NCBI GenBank assembly: GCA_016839815.1
Contig: JAEOTM010000079.1
Span: forward strand, 1-55,361
Length of the DNA: 55,361 bases
Origin: Candidatus Hodarchaeota archaeon
Lineage (GTDB): Archaea; Asgardarchaeota; Heimdallarchaeia; Hodarchaeales; Hodarchaeaceae
Direction of reading: 5' to 3'
Each line of letters starts with the position of its first letter. Position 1 is the first letter of the stretch. A program made the translations under genes and the position numbers. Below the pieces are notes generated by a model. That model did not search any database and was not told the DNA's origin. It saw nothing but the letters and a program-made list of their open reading frames with translations. Below are positions 54,914 through 55,361 of the stretch, one piece after another.

Positions 54914-55361
54914 TGATTTCTCCATTTTGAGTTTCGTAAACGAAACCACTTACAGTAATACCCAAAGACGAAATAAGAGGATGATTTTGAATTGAAGAAA
55001 CCGTTTTTATTACTTGTTGAGAGACATTCTCAAATCCTAACAGGGCTTGATTAACATTTGTTGCCCCAAGGAGCTGTAAAACTTCCTCAGGACGAGAATT
55101 TATTTGTTTCGACATTTTTTCGATTGTTAGATCCATTTGTTCATGAGACATCTGCCCACCACAATTGGTATGTCCACAAACCAAAATATTACGCACATTA
55201 AGTTCATAAATGGCAATTAATAAGGAACGAAGACTATCTGGAGTTAATAATGCGCCTGCATTCCTTATAATCGTCAATTTTCCAGGATCTTCCACTCCAA
55301 ATACATTAGAAGTGATCCGACAATCCATACAAGTCAACACTGCGGTTCGCCACTTAGGAAC
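54900..55361 (-). CDS. Beta-class carbonic anhydrase (5' end outside the window)
   Basis: TCMDCR, IRNAG, GHTNCG zinc ligands; GFVYE..G. Confidence 0.9.
   Translation of the reverse strand, partial: VPKWRTAVLTCMDCRITSNVFGVEDPGKLTIIRNAGALLTPDSLRSLLIAIYELNVRNILVCGHTNCGGQMSHEQMDLTIEKMSKQINSRPEEVLQLLGATNVNQALLGFENVSQQVIKTVSSIQNHPLISSLGITVSGFVYETQNGEIIKVC

Noticed and set aside
1-55361. CRISPR array, rRNA, tRNA, IS element or integrase
   Set aside because: No regularly spaced repeats, cloverleaf, rRNA-like stretch or transposase/integrase motifs seen; GGTTCGA at 36105 lacks tRNA arm context

Overview
Gene-dense, AT-rich archaeal chromosomal window with about 45 CDS. I saw no rRNA, tRNA, CRISPR array or transposase. 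The gene content points to an Asgard archaeon (Heimdallarchaeia/Hodarchaeales-like; inference): a eukaryote-like actin, a Rab-like small GTPase, a tandem roadblock protein and a uDENN/longin-like protein sit among archaeal housekeeping genes (type II GAPDH, Ino1, AcyP, PolB, TldD/TldE, PDO/thioredoxin, beta- and gamma-carbonic anhydrases, TlyA-like methyltransferase). Most notable: (1) a structured, alternatively pairing ~150 nt leader upstream of actin; (2) a ~1950 aa membrane-anchored thioester (GCTEQ) alpha-2-macroglobulin; (3) a divergent RtcB-fold protein that keeps the catalytic residues; (4) two paralogous long-wing wHTH genes, the second abutting GAPDH; (5) a GT-C glycosyltransferase cluster, including a PIG-V-like enzyme and one with a CBM-like insertion; (6) a Pro-rich protein with a WH2-like C-terminus; (7) a 7TM-PAS histidine kinase split by one in-frame TGA; (8) a Rab neighbourhood with degenerate PD-(D/E)xK folds; (9) an orphan DUF1156 methyltransferase; (10) two small ORFs missing from the ORF track. 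All family calls come from motif recognition by eye, not database searches.
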